A stretch of DNA of 64,000 bases, taken from contig NC_087451.1 of NCBI RefSeq assembly GCF_036321535.1, positions 19,158,001 through 19,222,000 of the forward strand. The letters are read 5' to 3'. The DNA is from Camelus dromedarius (lineage: Eukaryota). Below the pieces are notes generated by a model. The model made no database searches. It was not told the DNA's origin and worked only from the letters and a program-made list of their open reading frames with translations. Numbering within the stretch: position 1 is the stretch's first letter; each line of letters opens with the position of its first letter. Positions 36,843 to 52,914 of this stretch are shown in pieces. The position numbers and the translations under genes were made by a program.

Positions 36843-38634
36843 CCGCGCGAGGGGAGGGGGTCCGCCAGGCGACGCCCCGGGGGCACCAGGTCTCGTCGGT
36901 CCAGCCCCAGCTCCCTTCCCGGGTCCCCGGTGTCCAGCCCCGCTGCCGGGCTCTGGGCTGGGAGGGGGCCGAATCGCAGGTCTAATCTCCCTGGCTGGCC
37001 GCTGCGGAGGCGGAGAAAGTAGGTCACTGCCGCCTTCCTGCCCCCCGCGGAGCCCCCTCGCGCGGGGGGTCGCGGGCTCTGCGCGCCTGTCCGCGCCGCG
37101 GCGCTCGCGCTCCCTGTCGGGGCCGGTCAGCGCCACACGGTCGTCCCCCCTTCCCCAGAATAGCGCCCCTTCCCTCCCTCTGGCTCTCCCTAGCTAGCCA
37201 ACCCCTTCTATTTTTAGCTCGTGCCCACCCCTTGGACCCTGGGAACATTCATGAGAGGGCGGGTCTTGGAGAGGTGGGGTGTGTATAGGAGGGGGTTCTT
37301 CACAGCGGAAGTTGTCTGTATCCTACTGCCGAGTATTTTGGAGCCTTTTGTGGCTGCTTTGTGGGTGGGAGGGTTGTTGGCCAGGGGTGCCACTGTGAGG
37401 TTTTCGAGGTTAGATGTTTGGCTCTGATGTCGCAGGCAGAGGGAGTGGTCACTAGTGCTGAGATGCGTACATCATCTGGCCCAGTGTGTCTGTGGGCTTG
37501 GGGTGGCCTGGCACCTTCCCCACCTTCCCCACCCATACCTTGGTGGGACTCACGAGGTGTGGAGGGAGTTGTGTCTGGTTGAGGGTTTGGTGCTGGACAT
37601 AGGTGCCGGTGACAGGTGGAATTCTTCCAAAAGGGATTTTCAAGCTGGGAAGTCGAAGCACATGGACGTTGTGTGACACACTTTACAGTTCATCCACACT
37701 GATTGAAGCTATCCCCGTTAGCCCACCCACCTAGGGGCCCTTGAGGTGGGTCTGATGCAGTCCTTGCTGCAGGAAACTTGCAGTTCAGCCCCTGGGACTG
37801 GAGGGGTCCATGAGTTCTTGGGAGAATCTGAGGCAGCTTCATGGGGTATGTGTCTTCTGAGATGGAAGAACTGAGGGTCTGGGGTAGTGGAAACAGCAGG
37901 TACTCACACTAGGCTGAGGAGTGACGGACGGAGTGATGAGTCAGATCCACCAAGGACCAGCTCTTTGCCTGGAAGGCTATGTGAGATCTACCTTTACTCC
38001 CAGCTCTGCCCTGGGTGCTGTGTGTGAGTTGGGAGTGGATGACACTTGAAGGTTCTGGTCAGCTGTCTCTGAGAGACTCTGCAGCTTGACAGGAGCCTCA
38101 TTCAAGGTTTGGCTTTTGTGGGGCTCCAAGAGAGAGAAGATTTTGCTGTTTGAGGGTGAGGGTCCACACTCTCGGGGATGGGATGAGAGTTTGGTTGTGA
38201 AGCCAGGCCAGTGCCAGCTTAAAAAGTCATTGTGCTGGACAGCTTCAAGCATGAGTACCGATACAGTGGAAACAGATGTGCCTTTTTAGGGTCATGAAAG
38301 TTGAGAAGTTAGAAATGTAATTTGAGGCAAAATGATTGCGGCCTGTTCTAGAGGTTGTCCCAGCAATGAGAGTTTAGGTCTCTTGTGGCCTCCACAAGGT
38401 TGGGCCTCACTGTCCTGTAGGACTAGTTGGGGCTGGGGAGTCATGGCTGGAAGCCAGACACAACTGTCTTTTTCCAGCTGGTCCCCTTTTGCTCCCAGGG
38501 GAAGGCTCCAAGATGTTCCTGAGGCTCTTCGACCTATTCCTGTGTAGAACTCTGAACGGGAGTGGGGTGTGTGGGAATAGGTGAGGTCATCAAGGAAGAC
38601 CTGGTGCCTGCTGACCCTGTTTCCTCCTCCATAG

Positions 38635-40953
38635 CCTTTATCCTCCTCTTTTACCTCGTCTTCTATGGCTTCCTCACCGCCATGTTCACCCTCACCATGT
38701 GGGTGATGCTGCAGACTGTCTCTGACCATACCCCCAAGTACCAGGACCGACTGGCCACGCCGGGTGAGTGATGCAGCTCCCCCCACCAGCCACTCTATCT
38801 TGTGCCCCCATGCCTCCAAGAGGAACTCACAGGACGAGAACTCACAGTTCTTCTCAGAGGTTTGGTTCTGATGATCCAGTCGCCGTGTGCTGGGAAGTTC
38901 TTCTTGAAGTCTGCCTTCCCATTTCCCACAGCAGAGAGCTATGTGATCTGGGGAGGTGGCAGATGTTCACAGGAGATCTTCCTCCAGTGGAGATGATCTC
39001 AGATCTTCACCCTATCCCTCACCCTGGTTTGTTCATCGTCTTCCCTCTGTGTGTGGTCCCTCGTCTTATATATGCTTCTCACTCTTGCCTTTATTGGCTA
39101 GGCTTGATGATTCGCCCTAAGACTGAGAACCTTGATGTCATTGTCAACGTGAGTGACACTGAAAGCTGGGACCAGCATGTTCAGAAGCTCAACAAGTTCT
39201 TGGAGCGTGAGTGTGGTTCTGATGATATGGCTGTGCAGGACCTCCGGAAGGGAACTGGGGACCCTGGGATCGGAACATTAGGCCCATGACTCTCTCTCCC
39301 CCACCTCCTTAGCTTACAACGACTCCATCCAAGCCCAAAAGAATGACGTCTGCCGCCCTGGGCGCTATTATGAACAACCAGATAACGGAGTCCTCAACTA
39401 CCCAAAACGTGCCTGCCAGTTCAACCGGACCCAGCTGGGCGACTGCTCGGGCATTGGGGACCCCACCCACTATGGTTATAGCACTGGACAGCCCTGTGTC
39501 TTCATCAAGATGAACCGGGTACCCAGGACCTTAGTTCCCAGGGAGAACGGAGGAGGGATCTGGGACCACCATCTGCTGGCAGTTGCTTCCTTTCACTGGG
39601 GCTCATGGGCTTTGGGAGATTTTTAGATGTTTGAGTGGCTGAGAGAACAAGAGAGATGGGGCCATTGATGGCTGAGAGCATGGCTGGAAAGCTGGATACT
39701 TATGTCTTTGACAACTTCTTTCTCTAATCCTCACCACTCTTTCTCCTAACTCCAGGTCATCAACTTCTATGCAGGAGCGAACCAGAGCATGAATGTTACC
39801 TGCATGGGGAAGGTGAGTTTGTTGGGCCTTGTCCACCTGCCCTCCTGTTTGTCCTTCAAGGTTTCCCTGTCATTCACTCATCTCTCCCTATCTCCTTTGC
39901 TCCCAGAGGCCCCATCACCATAGGGACAAGGGGGTAAGAGTGGACTCCAGTATGGCTCCAACTCCAAGGGGCTCCCACCCCTCTTGCTTCTCTCTAGGAT
40001 ACAGAAGCTTGCTCTTTGGTGTGGATAGATACCCCCTTCCTGACTCTACCTACCACCTTCTCGCCCTAACCCTTCCATCTTCTCTATTCCCTGACCATGC
40101 TTTTCCCTCTCCCTCCCATATCTCTCCTGCCCCTCTATTCTTTTTAAGTATCTAGTAGCTGCTGATCTGTAAATGCCACCTGCCACCACTAAGTTGTCCT
40201 TGGAACCCTGGACCCCCACCTCTGTCCTCTCTAGGAACTTTATGCTCCTCTTCAGTCAACCCCCTCTTTCCTTCCTACTGAGTCCTTACTCATTTATCTG
40301 TTCTCTCTTGGCTCTGCTCCAGAAACCGATTCCTGAGGATGGGGTAAGAATTTGGGGTGGGAGGGCAGTAGGAGGCTTCAGGCTCATTAGTGCCCTTCAG
40401 GACTTCCCAGTCCGATGAGAGACGGGACACCCCTCCTGCGCACACGCAAACCCACCCGGACTCAGCTCAGGGGAAACGGATTTGAGACAGACTAATTTGG
40501 GGTGAAGGAAGAACAGAGGACAGTCTGGAGAGCTTCTGGGTTCCTGCCATCCCTAATATGCTCTCCCCCACCCTCCTGCGCCCCCACAGCGAGATGAAGA
40601 TGCCGAGAATCTCGGCAGCTTCGTCATGTTCCCGGCGAACGGCAACATCGACCTCATGTACTTCCCCTACTACGGCAAAAAGTTCCACGTAAGTCCCGTG
40701 GGAGGCGGGGGGCCCCAGGGGAGCGGGGTCCTGGGGAGGAGGCCTCGTTGCCGCGGGTCTGCACCCTCGCTCTCCTCCCCTGGCCCAGGTGAACTACACG
40801 CAGCCCCTCGTGGCCGTGAAGTTCCTGAATGTGACCCCTAACGTGGAGGTGAACGTGGAATGCCGCATCAATGCCGCCAACATCGCCACCGACGACGAGC
40901 GCGACAAGTTCGCAGGGCGCGTGGCCTTCAAACTCCGCATCAACAAAACCTGA
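38635..40953 (+). CDS. ATP1B2: Na,K-ATPase beta-2 subunit (AMOG), exons 2-7
   Basis: Exons 38635-38763, 39102-39206, 39313-39518, 39756-39812, 40590-40688, 40789-40953(TGA); 761 nt plus 112 gives 290 aa. [18 protein letters not shown]...[11 protein letters not shown]. Confidence 0.97.
39907..39933 (+). CDS. ATP1B2: Candidate alternative microexon A of ATP1B2 (27 nt, RPHHHRDKG)
   Basis: Long pyrimidine tract, TGC at 39898-39900, cccAG acceptor, GGG|GTAAGA donor; phase 0-0, no stop. Confidence 0.7.
40323..40343 (+). CDS. ATP1B2: Candidate alternative microexon B of ATP1B2 (21 nt, KPIPEDG)
   Basis: Long pyrimidine tract, TGC at 40315-40317, ccAG acceptor, GGG|GTAAGA donor; phase 0-0, no stop. 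Confidence 0.7.
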
Positions 40954-41318
40954 GACCCCTTCCTCCCGCCCCCACCTCTTTTCCTATGGATGCTTCTGGA
41001 ATGTCCGCTACCTTGCCTGAGCCCTCCCTCACCCACCCCAAAGGTATTTTTTATAACAGAGCTATGGCTTGTCTGAGCCTCGTGCCCCTTTCCTTTACTT
41101 CTGAGTGCATTGTGATTCCCTGGCTACACACATTCTCCACCACCTTCTTCCCATCCTAGCTCAGTCAGAGACAGGGAGACAAGACCCCAAGATGGTCACA
41201 GAGGAAGTAGGAGCCTTTCTAGTTCTGGCATAGCAGTGAGTGGGGCATCCTCCCAGCTACCCACCTTCCTGCCCTCTTGTCCTGAGTGAAGGTGCCCACT
41301 CTCCCATCCACCCACCTT

Positions 41319-41320
<2 letters not shown>

Positions 41321-41372
<52 letters not shown>
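41321..41372 (+). repeat. (CA)26 microsatellite in the ATP1B2 3'UTR
   Basis: Counted directly. Confidence 0.97.
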
Positions 41373-41376
<4 letters not shown>

Positions 41377-41419
41377 TCATTTCACCCCTTAGCTTCCAGA
41401 CATGAATGTGGCATCCTTC

Positions 41420-41522
41420 TTTTTTTTTTAAACTGAAGTATGGTTGACCTATAACACTACCTTAGTTCCAGGTGCACAGCATAGTGATTTAATATTTCTG
41501 TACATTACAAACTGGTCACCAC
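41420..41522 (-). mobile_element. Short L1 3'-end insertion in the ATP1B2 3'UTR
   Basis: Poly-T then aaactgaagtatggttgacctataacact...ggtgcacagcatagtgatt, the reverse of a laurasiatherian-type L1 terminus; degenerate TSD. Confidence 0.75.
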
Positions 41523-42548
41523 TGTGGCCCTCCATCCTTCCATTCACTCTGCCACTGTCACCTTCCTCTGTCTCCCACGCCTTCTGCCTTGTCTACGACA
41601 GTCACTGTCTCGGTGGCTTTTGTCTTGTCTGGCTCCTCTGGCTGCTCTTCCCCTACTTCTCCATTCCTATTCCCTCCACTGAAAGGGGACCGCTTGTGAC
41701 TGAGGACAAGGTGGCTCAGTGGCCTTTTCTCTTTCCTGGCACATCCAGCTTCTGACTGCATGTTGACTGCGTGAGCTGGGAATGAAGGTCTGGAAGAGAA
41801 GTCCGTGTTGGTTCTTGAAAGTTCTCTTCCTGGTCCTTCTTGTCACCCAACTAGGCACTCCTCAGAGGGGCGGGGTTGACCTAGGCTGAATATCCACTTT
41901 GTTTTTTCCGACGGCTCCCTTCCCCCTGTTCCCTTTCCCAGAATATCCTTCAAGTTCTACTTCCCAGGCGCCCTGGGGGAGGGGCAGCCATTTTGGCTGG
42001 GTCCCCAGTGGCCACCTTGGAAACGTCAGCTGGCGACGGGAGGACTCTTCCACCTTATTCCCCTGCGCCCAGATCTGCCCCCACGATCCTCCCTCTGGCT
42101 TCTCTTAACAAGTTATCAACTAATCACTAACTCCTTCCCTTTCCTCCGCATGCCAGCCTGAAAATTGCAAACACCTCCTCAATCTGAGGCTCTGAGTTTC
42201 TTGGCCCTGTCTCCCTCAGACCCCTTTGCCTTTTTAAACAACCCCCTAGTGCCCACAGAATGTTAAATGAGGGACCGCCTGTGTTCTTGAATTAGAGAGG
42301 GATTTTAACTCTTTCTTCCCCCACACCCTTCACTTCGTCACCTCCCACTTCCCCTCCTTTTTTTTTTTTTGATGCTGCAGCTTCCACACCCCACCCACAG
42401 ATGGACCCTTCCTGTTTTTACTCTTGCTGGATCTGAGTCTCTTCCCTTTGGGTCCCCATATTTCCCTGCTCTCCCCTCTCCCCAGTGGTCTCTCTCTGCA
42501 GTTATTTAATGCCTGTGTCAGATCTACTGTAAAAAGAGGATAAAGTAC

Positions 42549-42554
42549 AATAAA
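42549..42554 (+). terminator. ATP1B2 polyadenylation signal AATAAA
   Basis: AATAAA about 1.6 kb after the stop, followed by an AT-rich tract. Confidence 0.75.
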
Positions 42555-43409
42555 ATGAGAGCAATTATATATATATAAATATATATCATACATGGACCCC
42601 TGCGTGTGGGTTGTTCCTTTCTGAGCATTTGGAAGATTTCCAGGAAGTGGGCGGAGGGTGGAATTGGGTGACCCGGGGTTACCTAGGCCTTGGGGAGGCT
42701 GTTTTCCAGCTTTGACCTCTTCCGTCCAGTGTCCCAAGCATCTGCCTCCTAGCTCACTCCATCACCTGTACTATCTTGAGATCACCCAACAGAGAGGCAG
42801 GAAGTCTGCATCCCTCTGTACAGCGATACTTATAAAGTGCCTACTCTGTGCATTCTAGGCACCATGAGGACATACTTATGAGAGAGGCAGAGTTTTTGCC
42901 CCCAAGGAGCTCCCCAGTTTAACAGGAGAGGGGAGGAGCACACAAGAAACTCTCAAACCAGGTAGACCTAAACCTACTTCCAGGTGGGGATAAAGCTGGT
43001 GAGGACAAAACTTGGAGTGATCAACCATTTTTCAGTCTTGGCTTTGAAGGGATTTCTTTCTTAGAGGTTTAAAGGATGGAGTGGTTTTGGAGGAGAGAAT
43101 AGCATCAGTAAATGCCTACAGACAGATGAGGGAAACTGACTAGAAGCAAGAGATCTCAAAACAGTATGAACCATAGCATCCCAGTTTGGTATGTGAAAAA
43201 AAAGTACACACACAAGCATAGCAAAAAAGGATGGATGCGTCTACACAACGTTTATTGTAGTATATGGAGATGGGTTTATAGCTAATTTTTGTTTCCTTGG
43301 GGCTTATTTTTGTTTGCAATGAGTTGGTCTTAGCATTTGCCTTGTAAAAATAGCTTTATTATGCATACATATACACACAATTTTATTATGAATGCATAGT
43401 ACACATGGG

Positions 43410-43412
<3 letters not shown>

Positions 43413-43442
<30 letters not shown>
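43413..43442 (+). repeat. (AC)15 microsatellite
   Basis: Counted directly. Confidence 0.95.
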
Positions 43443-43444
<2 letters not shown>

Positions 43445-44270
43445 CACTGGGTTTTGGTCAGTCATACCAAAACTGGATATTATACACAGTTTGCATCTTA
43501 CTGTTCACACAATTCCACCTGGCCTGCTAGAGCTCCTATTCATTTAAAAAAAATGATTGCATAATATTTTTTCGTCCTTCCTTTGTTAATTTATTAGCGC
43601 TCCTTGACAGTTGCGGGTATAAACTATTTTCTGCATTGTAAAATTTACTCCAACTGATTTTACTGTTTATAGTTTTTTTTTAATGTTAAAAAGGGGTTTG
43701 TTTTTTCATACCATCAAATATGCTTAGTTATTCTTTTGCAGTCTCTGGTGTTCCAGTCAGTAAGGTATATTCTTATCACTTTTAAAAAATCCATAATTTA
43801 GTCCCATTGAATTGAAATGCCAACTTTGGCCATATAGTACATTTTCCTGTATGCTAAAATCTACTTCTGGATTCACTACTTGCTGCCTGTGGCTTGTTTA
43901 CCACTCCATACATACACCAAGCCGTATTGATCTGATTCCAGTTTTATAGTATGTTTTGATATCTAGCAAGGCAAGTAGGTTTCCCATCCCCCGCACCTTG
44001 CTTGGTTTTTTGTTTTTTTTTTTTAAACTGTTGGCTATCCTTGGGCACTCACTATTCTCTATAAATTTATAACAAATGTATCCAATTTACAAAAACAAAA
44101 GCCATCAACACTTGGGCTTCTAATTGGAATTGCAATGACTCTTTATTTCAGGAGAATTGAACTTTTTTAGGATATTAAGTTTTCCCACCTAAAAACAGGT
44201 TCTCTTTCCTTTTGTTTGCAGCTTGGTTAATGTCCTTAAATAGATTCTATAGTTTTCTTCATATGGGTTC

Positions 44271-44320
<50 letters not shown>
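44271..44320 (+). repeat. (TG)n microsatellite, 22 uninterrupted units
   Basis: tgtgcg followed by (TG)22. Confidence 0.95.
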
Positions 44321-44323
<3 letters not shown>

Positions 44324-46804
44324 CTTAAGAAACTTACTACTCATCTGAATGGAATATTTTTCATTCTTTTTTTCTCAGTGCTTTTGCAATAAGATAAAAT
44401 ATTTTCTCCTATTCATTTATTTTAATTCCATCAGCTCTCTATTATTAACTAAGAAGTCAGTTTTCAGGTACACATTCATATGATCAAAAAGGCAAAGATT
44501 TTAAATATATAAAATATATATACTTTACCAATTTTTAAAAATCCTCTTGAGTGCTCTAAAACCGTTGTTAGTGGGCATCCCTGTATAGTTCTTAACATAT
44601 TGAAAATTGAAATTATCTTAGGGTAATACTGGCATTCCATTACTATTTCAACTAATGTTTGGTTTTTTTAAAGGGATGGCTGCTGAAATTTAATCAAATT
44701 CCTTTCAGCATCTCTTGATATGATCATATTTTTCTTTCTTAACTTGTTAATATAATGAATTATGTTGACAGATTCTCTATTAAATCAACTTTATGCTCCT
44801 GGAACAAACCCTACTTGGTTAAAAAGATTCATCAGTGTGTTCTGATACTATTCAGATATTTTGCTTCTCTCTCTATAAGTTAATTTGGCTTCTAGTTTTT
44901 TAGTATCTTGATCAGGTTTTATTAGTGAAACCACAATAACTTTACATGAAGTGGAGATTTCACTTTTCCTATGGTCCAGAATAGTTTAGATAACGTTGGA
45001 TCAATTGTCCTTACTTGTTCTTTTTCCCTCCATCAAGCTCTTGAGTTTTTCTTTTCTTTTTAAAATTTATCTTTTTTAAAGCCCTGCTTTTGAATTTATC
45101 CTTTCAAGCAAGTTTGCTTTCTCTCTCAATAATTTATACCTTTAATTTTTAGGATGTATGCTAGGTTCCTTTATTCTTTTTAAATAAGGAAAGTATTTAT
45201 GGTTTACATTTTCTTCATTGTACAACTTTTGCTGGCTGTTACAGATCTGGGGACCCTGTGTTCCTGAAATCAGTTAGATAAATTTTTAAAAATTATTCCA
45301 AACTTTAGTGGGACAGGATTTGGGTTCTTCAAGTTTGAGGGCAGAGGCTATGTCTGCCATGGGCCCCCATGGCCTAGAACAGTGCTGGGCACAAGTAAGG
45401 TACCAACCAATATCTGCTGGCTAGATTGTCAGAGGAATGAACACAACCAGAGGGAAGGAAGTGAGCAGGTGACCAGAGAGGTCAGGGACTCGTTGGAGGT
45501 CACACAGCTTAGTAGAGCTGGCCTGAAAACCCAGGACTAATAGTTCTCAGCCCAGTAATCTATCAGCTCACAAAGGGATCGGCAGAGCCAGAATGGACCT
45601 GCTTTGCAAAGGAGTACAGCAGAAATAAAGTGCTAAAGACATACTCTAGAGAAATGTTGAGAGTAGGGGGTGCTGGATGCGGGCCAGAAAGAGAGCGTCA
45701 AGGTGACCTGTCTACAGGAGTGAGGCTAGGGAATGAGTTTCAAGTGCTCTGGTTTGCCAAGGGCCTGGCTGGTGGAGAGAAATGGCGAAGTTAAAGATCT
45801 CTGACAGAGGTGGTTCTGGGTCTCCTGGGGAGAGTGTTTGGCATTCCCCAGCAAGAGAAAGAAAGGTGGTTTTGAGGTCAAGAAGCTTGGTGGCTTTACA
45901 GCTGTCTGGGATCTTCAGGGCATGCCAAGGGACTCCCATGAGCACTTTAAGTCAGGTTGAGAGACAGTGGCCCCAGAAGCCCCTTTGGACCTTACTCCCC
46001 TCTCTCTGCCTCCAAGGAGGAGGCAGGATGAGCCATGTCCCCGCTGTCTGGCCATCCCTCCAAGCACTAGCTCAGGCAGCTGGGGGCGATGGGGCAGAGC
46101 TTGCCCCCAGCCCCCCTCCCTGGGAGCTGGCAGCACTGAGGAACAGAACGGTGGGGGGTGCTGGACTCCCCAGGCTCGGCTCTCCTCCCTACCCCAAGAA
46201 GCCCTTTGAAAGGTTTTCCTGGCAGAGTTTAAAGCTTCAATTCATTCAACTGGCTGGCATGAGGCCCGGATGAGGGGATGCTGGGAAGGCCCCAGCCCCA
46301 CATCTCGGCCCTCACCTTAGCCGCCCCCAGCCACCCCCTACTCTCTCTCCTCATCCAATAGCAGCACCCCCCCTCCCCTTGGGAACCCAGGTATCCTGCC
46401 CCTTTCCCGCAGAGCAGATGGCCACCCCAGAGGCTCAGGCTTGCTAAATCAGACATTTAAATCCCGTAATCCTTGGTGAGAGGCTGAGAGCGGGTAGCAG
46501 CCCAATCCTAGAAGCAGGAGCAGGAGAAGACCTTGTGCCAGCCCTGGCAGGAGGGGAGGGGGACAGTTGGTTGCTGAGTTATGAATGGAGTCACCCCTTC
46601 CCTTATTGTCATGCAGCCTGCAGACTGACCCAGTCTCCAGCTTTTGTTCTCCTCCCGGAACCCGGGCGTTGGCCCCCCCAAACCCACTCCCAGAAGACTC
46701 AGGTGGCTGCCTCCCAACCTCACCTCCTCCTTCATCCCTGCCCCGTGCACCCCAGGTACCCTGCAATGGCACCAATCCCTCAGACGCACTGATGGTAGCA
46801 AAGT

Positions 46805-46810
46805 TTTATT
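46805..46810 (-). terminator. TP53 polyadenylation signal AATAAA
   Basis: Minus strand ttttacAATAAAacttttgctacca matches the TP53 3' end context as recalled. Confidence 0.9.
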
Positions 46811-47194
46811 GTAAAATAAACTGATATAAAAATGGGATATAAAAAGGGAAGGGAAGGGGTGCGGGTGATAAATGCAGATGTGCCCTGCAGCGTACAAAAG
46901 AAATCTGCCTCAGAATTTGGGGGAAGTAAAACAGATCTTGATAGATACACCAGAGGTGGAATCCTCCAGGGTGTGGGATGGGGGTGAGACCTCCTCGTAG
47001 GTGCTGAGGTTCACCAAGAGGTTAGACAGGATTTGGCAGGGCCAACAGAGAAGGACCTTAGACATCCCCTCCCCTTAACCAGCTGCTCAGTCAGTCACAG
47101 AAACTCTCAACCCATCCACTAAAGGGGACATACAACCAGTGCCCACGAGGGCACTAAGTTCTAGACATCATGTAATAGAAGGTGGCTTTGGGGC

Positions 47195-47330
47195 CAGACA
47201 CACATTATTTCATTAATCCTCACAACAAACCCCGTGAGGTAGGTATGATTACCAGCATTTTATAAGTGTCGACAATGAAGTTGGAGAAACTCAACAACTT
47301 AATATAGTTTCCCTAGCTAGTATGGTGGAG
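47195..47330 (-). mobile_element. MIR fragment in the TP53 3'UTR
   Basis: tttcattaatcctcacaacaaaccccgtgaggtaggtatgatt is the reverse MIR core. Confidence 0.75.
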
Positions 47331-47649
47331 AACGGGGCTTCCTACGCCCGTATACGGCCGGTTGGAAAACGTTCCTTCCATGCAGGAACACCTTCCTACC
47401 TCTCCCAAAGTTCTGCACAGTAAAAACCTTATAAGCTAAGCTGTAAAGCCTCAGCACCCGCTACATCCCCCTAAAACCACCAGTGCAGGTCAACTTCTTT
47501 AGCAGAGCCCGGGCCAAGTAAATGGAAGAATTCCAGAATGTCTGAGGCACATCTGCACTAAGCAAAGGTCTTAGCACCTGAGTCCCAAAAAATGCCAGGG
47601 GAGGGGGATGAGGGCAGGGGTGTCAACAGGGGAAAGGAAGCAGAAGACG

Positions 47650-51019
<3,370 letters not shown>

Positions 51020-51379
51020 GTCAGCTCCTCAGAAGGCAGTGTGGCCGCTGTGTGGAGAAATGTGGGGATCTAGCCCAAGATACACGCAACCTGGGTCACC
51101 TGGCCCTGAGGCAGGAGGGACTCCCTCCACCCCCTGACTTCCAGAGGAGCAGGGCTGCTCCTTCATAACTCAGGCTGCGCCTAACCCTCACCACACACTC
51201 CCTTGACGGAAAAAGACAACCAGAGAGGAACTTCCAACCTCCCACCATGGAATCCACAAGCGCTCCTCAATGTGTACTCTGTTTCTGCACTCCTTTGCTG
51301 TCATCAAGATGAAGCAACTCTCAGCCCACTCACTCCATCTGGGGGAAGATACCTCCCTTGACCCCCACATTCTCCACCC

Positions 51380-51880
51380 TGTCCTTTAGGACGGCTCCTC
51401 ATCCCTGCCTTACAAACCCCTCAACCCAGCCCGTCTACCTCTTTGATCTCACTTTCTAGCACCCTCTCCCTTCTCTGATGCTTGGGCCCCAATGGCTGCC
51501 CTTCCCTGCTCATCATACACTCCCCCAGTTCACTTAACTGGTGCTTCCCTCTACTGGGAACATGGGTCCTGCCATCGCCACAGGCTAAGCTCCTTCTCAC
51601 TGAGACTTCATTGTCAGTGTCACACCTCAGCCAGGATGTCTTCCCAGACCTCTCAGTCAAAGCCAGCCAGCCAAACTCTGTCACATTATTTTAGTTCAGG
51701 TCACCCGGCTTTAATTCTCAGAGTACATACACTACCTGATACCTTTTCTTGCTCATTTTGTCAGTTTCCTCCACTGGAATATACACTTCCTCAGGGCAGG
51801 GAATTTGTCTTGTTCACCACAGTTACTAGCATAATGCCCTGCACCTGGTCAGGCTCAGTAACTGTGGTAAATAAGTGAAT
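51380..51880 (+). mobile_element. LINE-2 fragment in TP53 intron 1
   Basis: ccactggaatatacacttcctcagggcagggaatttgtcttgttcacc...taaataagtgaat, an L2 3' end. Confidence 0.65.
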
Positions 51881-52083
51881 TGTTGTCCAGGCTGTGAGCT
51901 GGTTATGAGCAGTCAGGGGAGCAAGGGGGATGGAGGGGTGGCTGCGGCCTGGGCCAGGGCCCCGCACTGGGCTATGCCACCACCGTCTCATCTCCTAGGC
52001 CATTTTTCTTGACGCCAAATTTGTCATCAGCTTTGCTCAAAAACATGCATGCTGCAAAAGTCCATGTTCGTAATACTTACGGG

Positions 52084-52207
52084 TTTTTTTTTTGGTGGGG
52101 GGAGGTAAATAGGTTTGTTTTTATTTATTTATTTACAGAGGTACTGGGGATTGAACCTAGGACCTCCTGCATGGTAAGCAAACTGTACCACTGAGCTATA
52201 CCTGCCC
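52084..52207 (-). mobile_element. Camelid-type SINE in TP53 intron 1
   Basis: ggggggaggtaaataggttt...gaggtactggggattgaacctagg...ccactgagctatacc. Confidence 0.9.
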
Positions 52208-52914
52208 ACCAACTTTTTTGTCTCAGTGGCATTGACAGACATCCCCCCGGCGAGCAGCTCTTTTCTAATCGCCCTTAACATTTCACCTGCACCTTTACCT
52301 CGATATAGGGCCTGCCTTCTTATGTACTTAGAGTTTGCAAAATCCTTTCATGTGGGTTATCTTATCTGTCCCGATAACCAGATAACCACTCTTGCCTCTT
52401 GACAGGTGAGTCTCAGAGAAGTTAAGTGACTGGCACGTGGTACACACAGTTGAGTGAAGGCGCTTTTACGAAAAATGACTGTTCAAATGTCTAGGATTAA
52501 GACGCTTACTTCATCACAGACTACTCTGCAGAGCTCTCTTTTGTAATCAGTTAAGCGTGGAGGTGCAGATTTTAGCTGATGTAAGTCTGCCAACTGAGAG
52601 GCTGGCAGAGGGCCACTTATCACAGCTCCCAACGCTGAGGGAGGATGGACTATGATTGTGTATGGAGGAAGGCTAGAGGGGATAGCAGGGGGACCCCAAA
52701 CATTTGCCTTGGGGTCAAGGACCAGGGGTCCCCGACCCGCAAGACTGATGATCAAAATAACTTTTAAGACTTTTATGGAAGGGAGACTCGTGTAAACAGA
52801 CAGGGCTCAGAAGTCAAGCGCCCTGGGTTGGATGCTGTATTGTCATTTTTTGGTTTGTTTTTGTATTGCCATTGAAATTTGCTGCATAACCTCACTTATC
52901 TTGAAGCTCCCCTG

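Larger units (their letters stand above)
43250..45300 (-). mobile_element. Old L1M fragments between ATP1B2 and TP53
   Basis: T-rich antisense L1 ORF2/3' motifs (ttaattggaattgcaatg, tctcttgatatgatcatatt); boundaries approximate. Confidence 0.65.

Noticed and set aside
36703-38635. ATP1B2 lacking a start codon
   Set aside because: Coding exon 1 is expected inside the 140-N gap.
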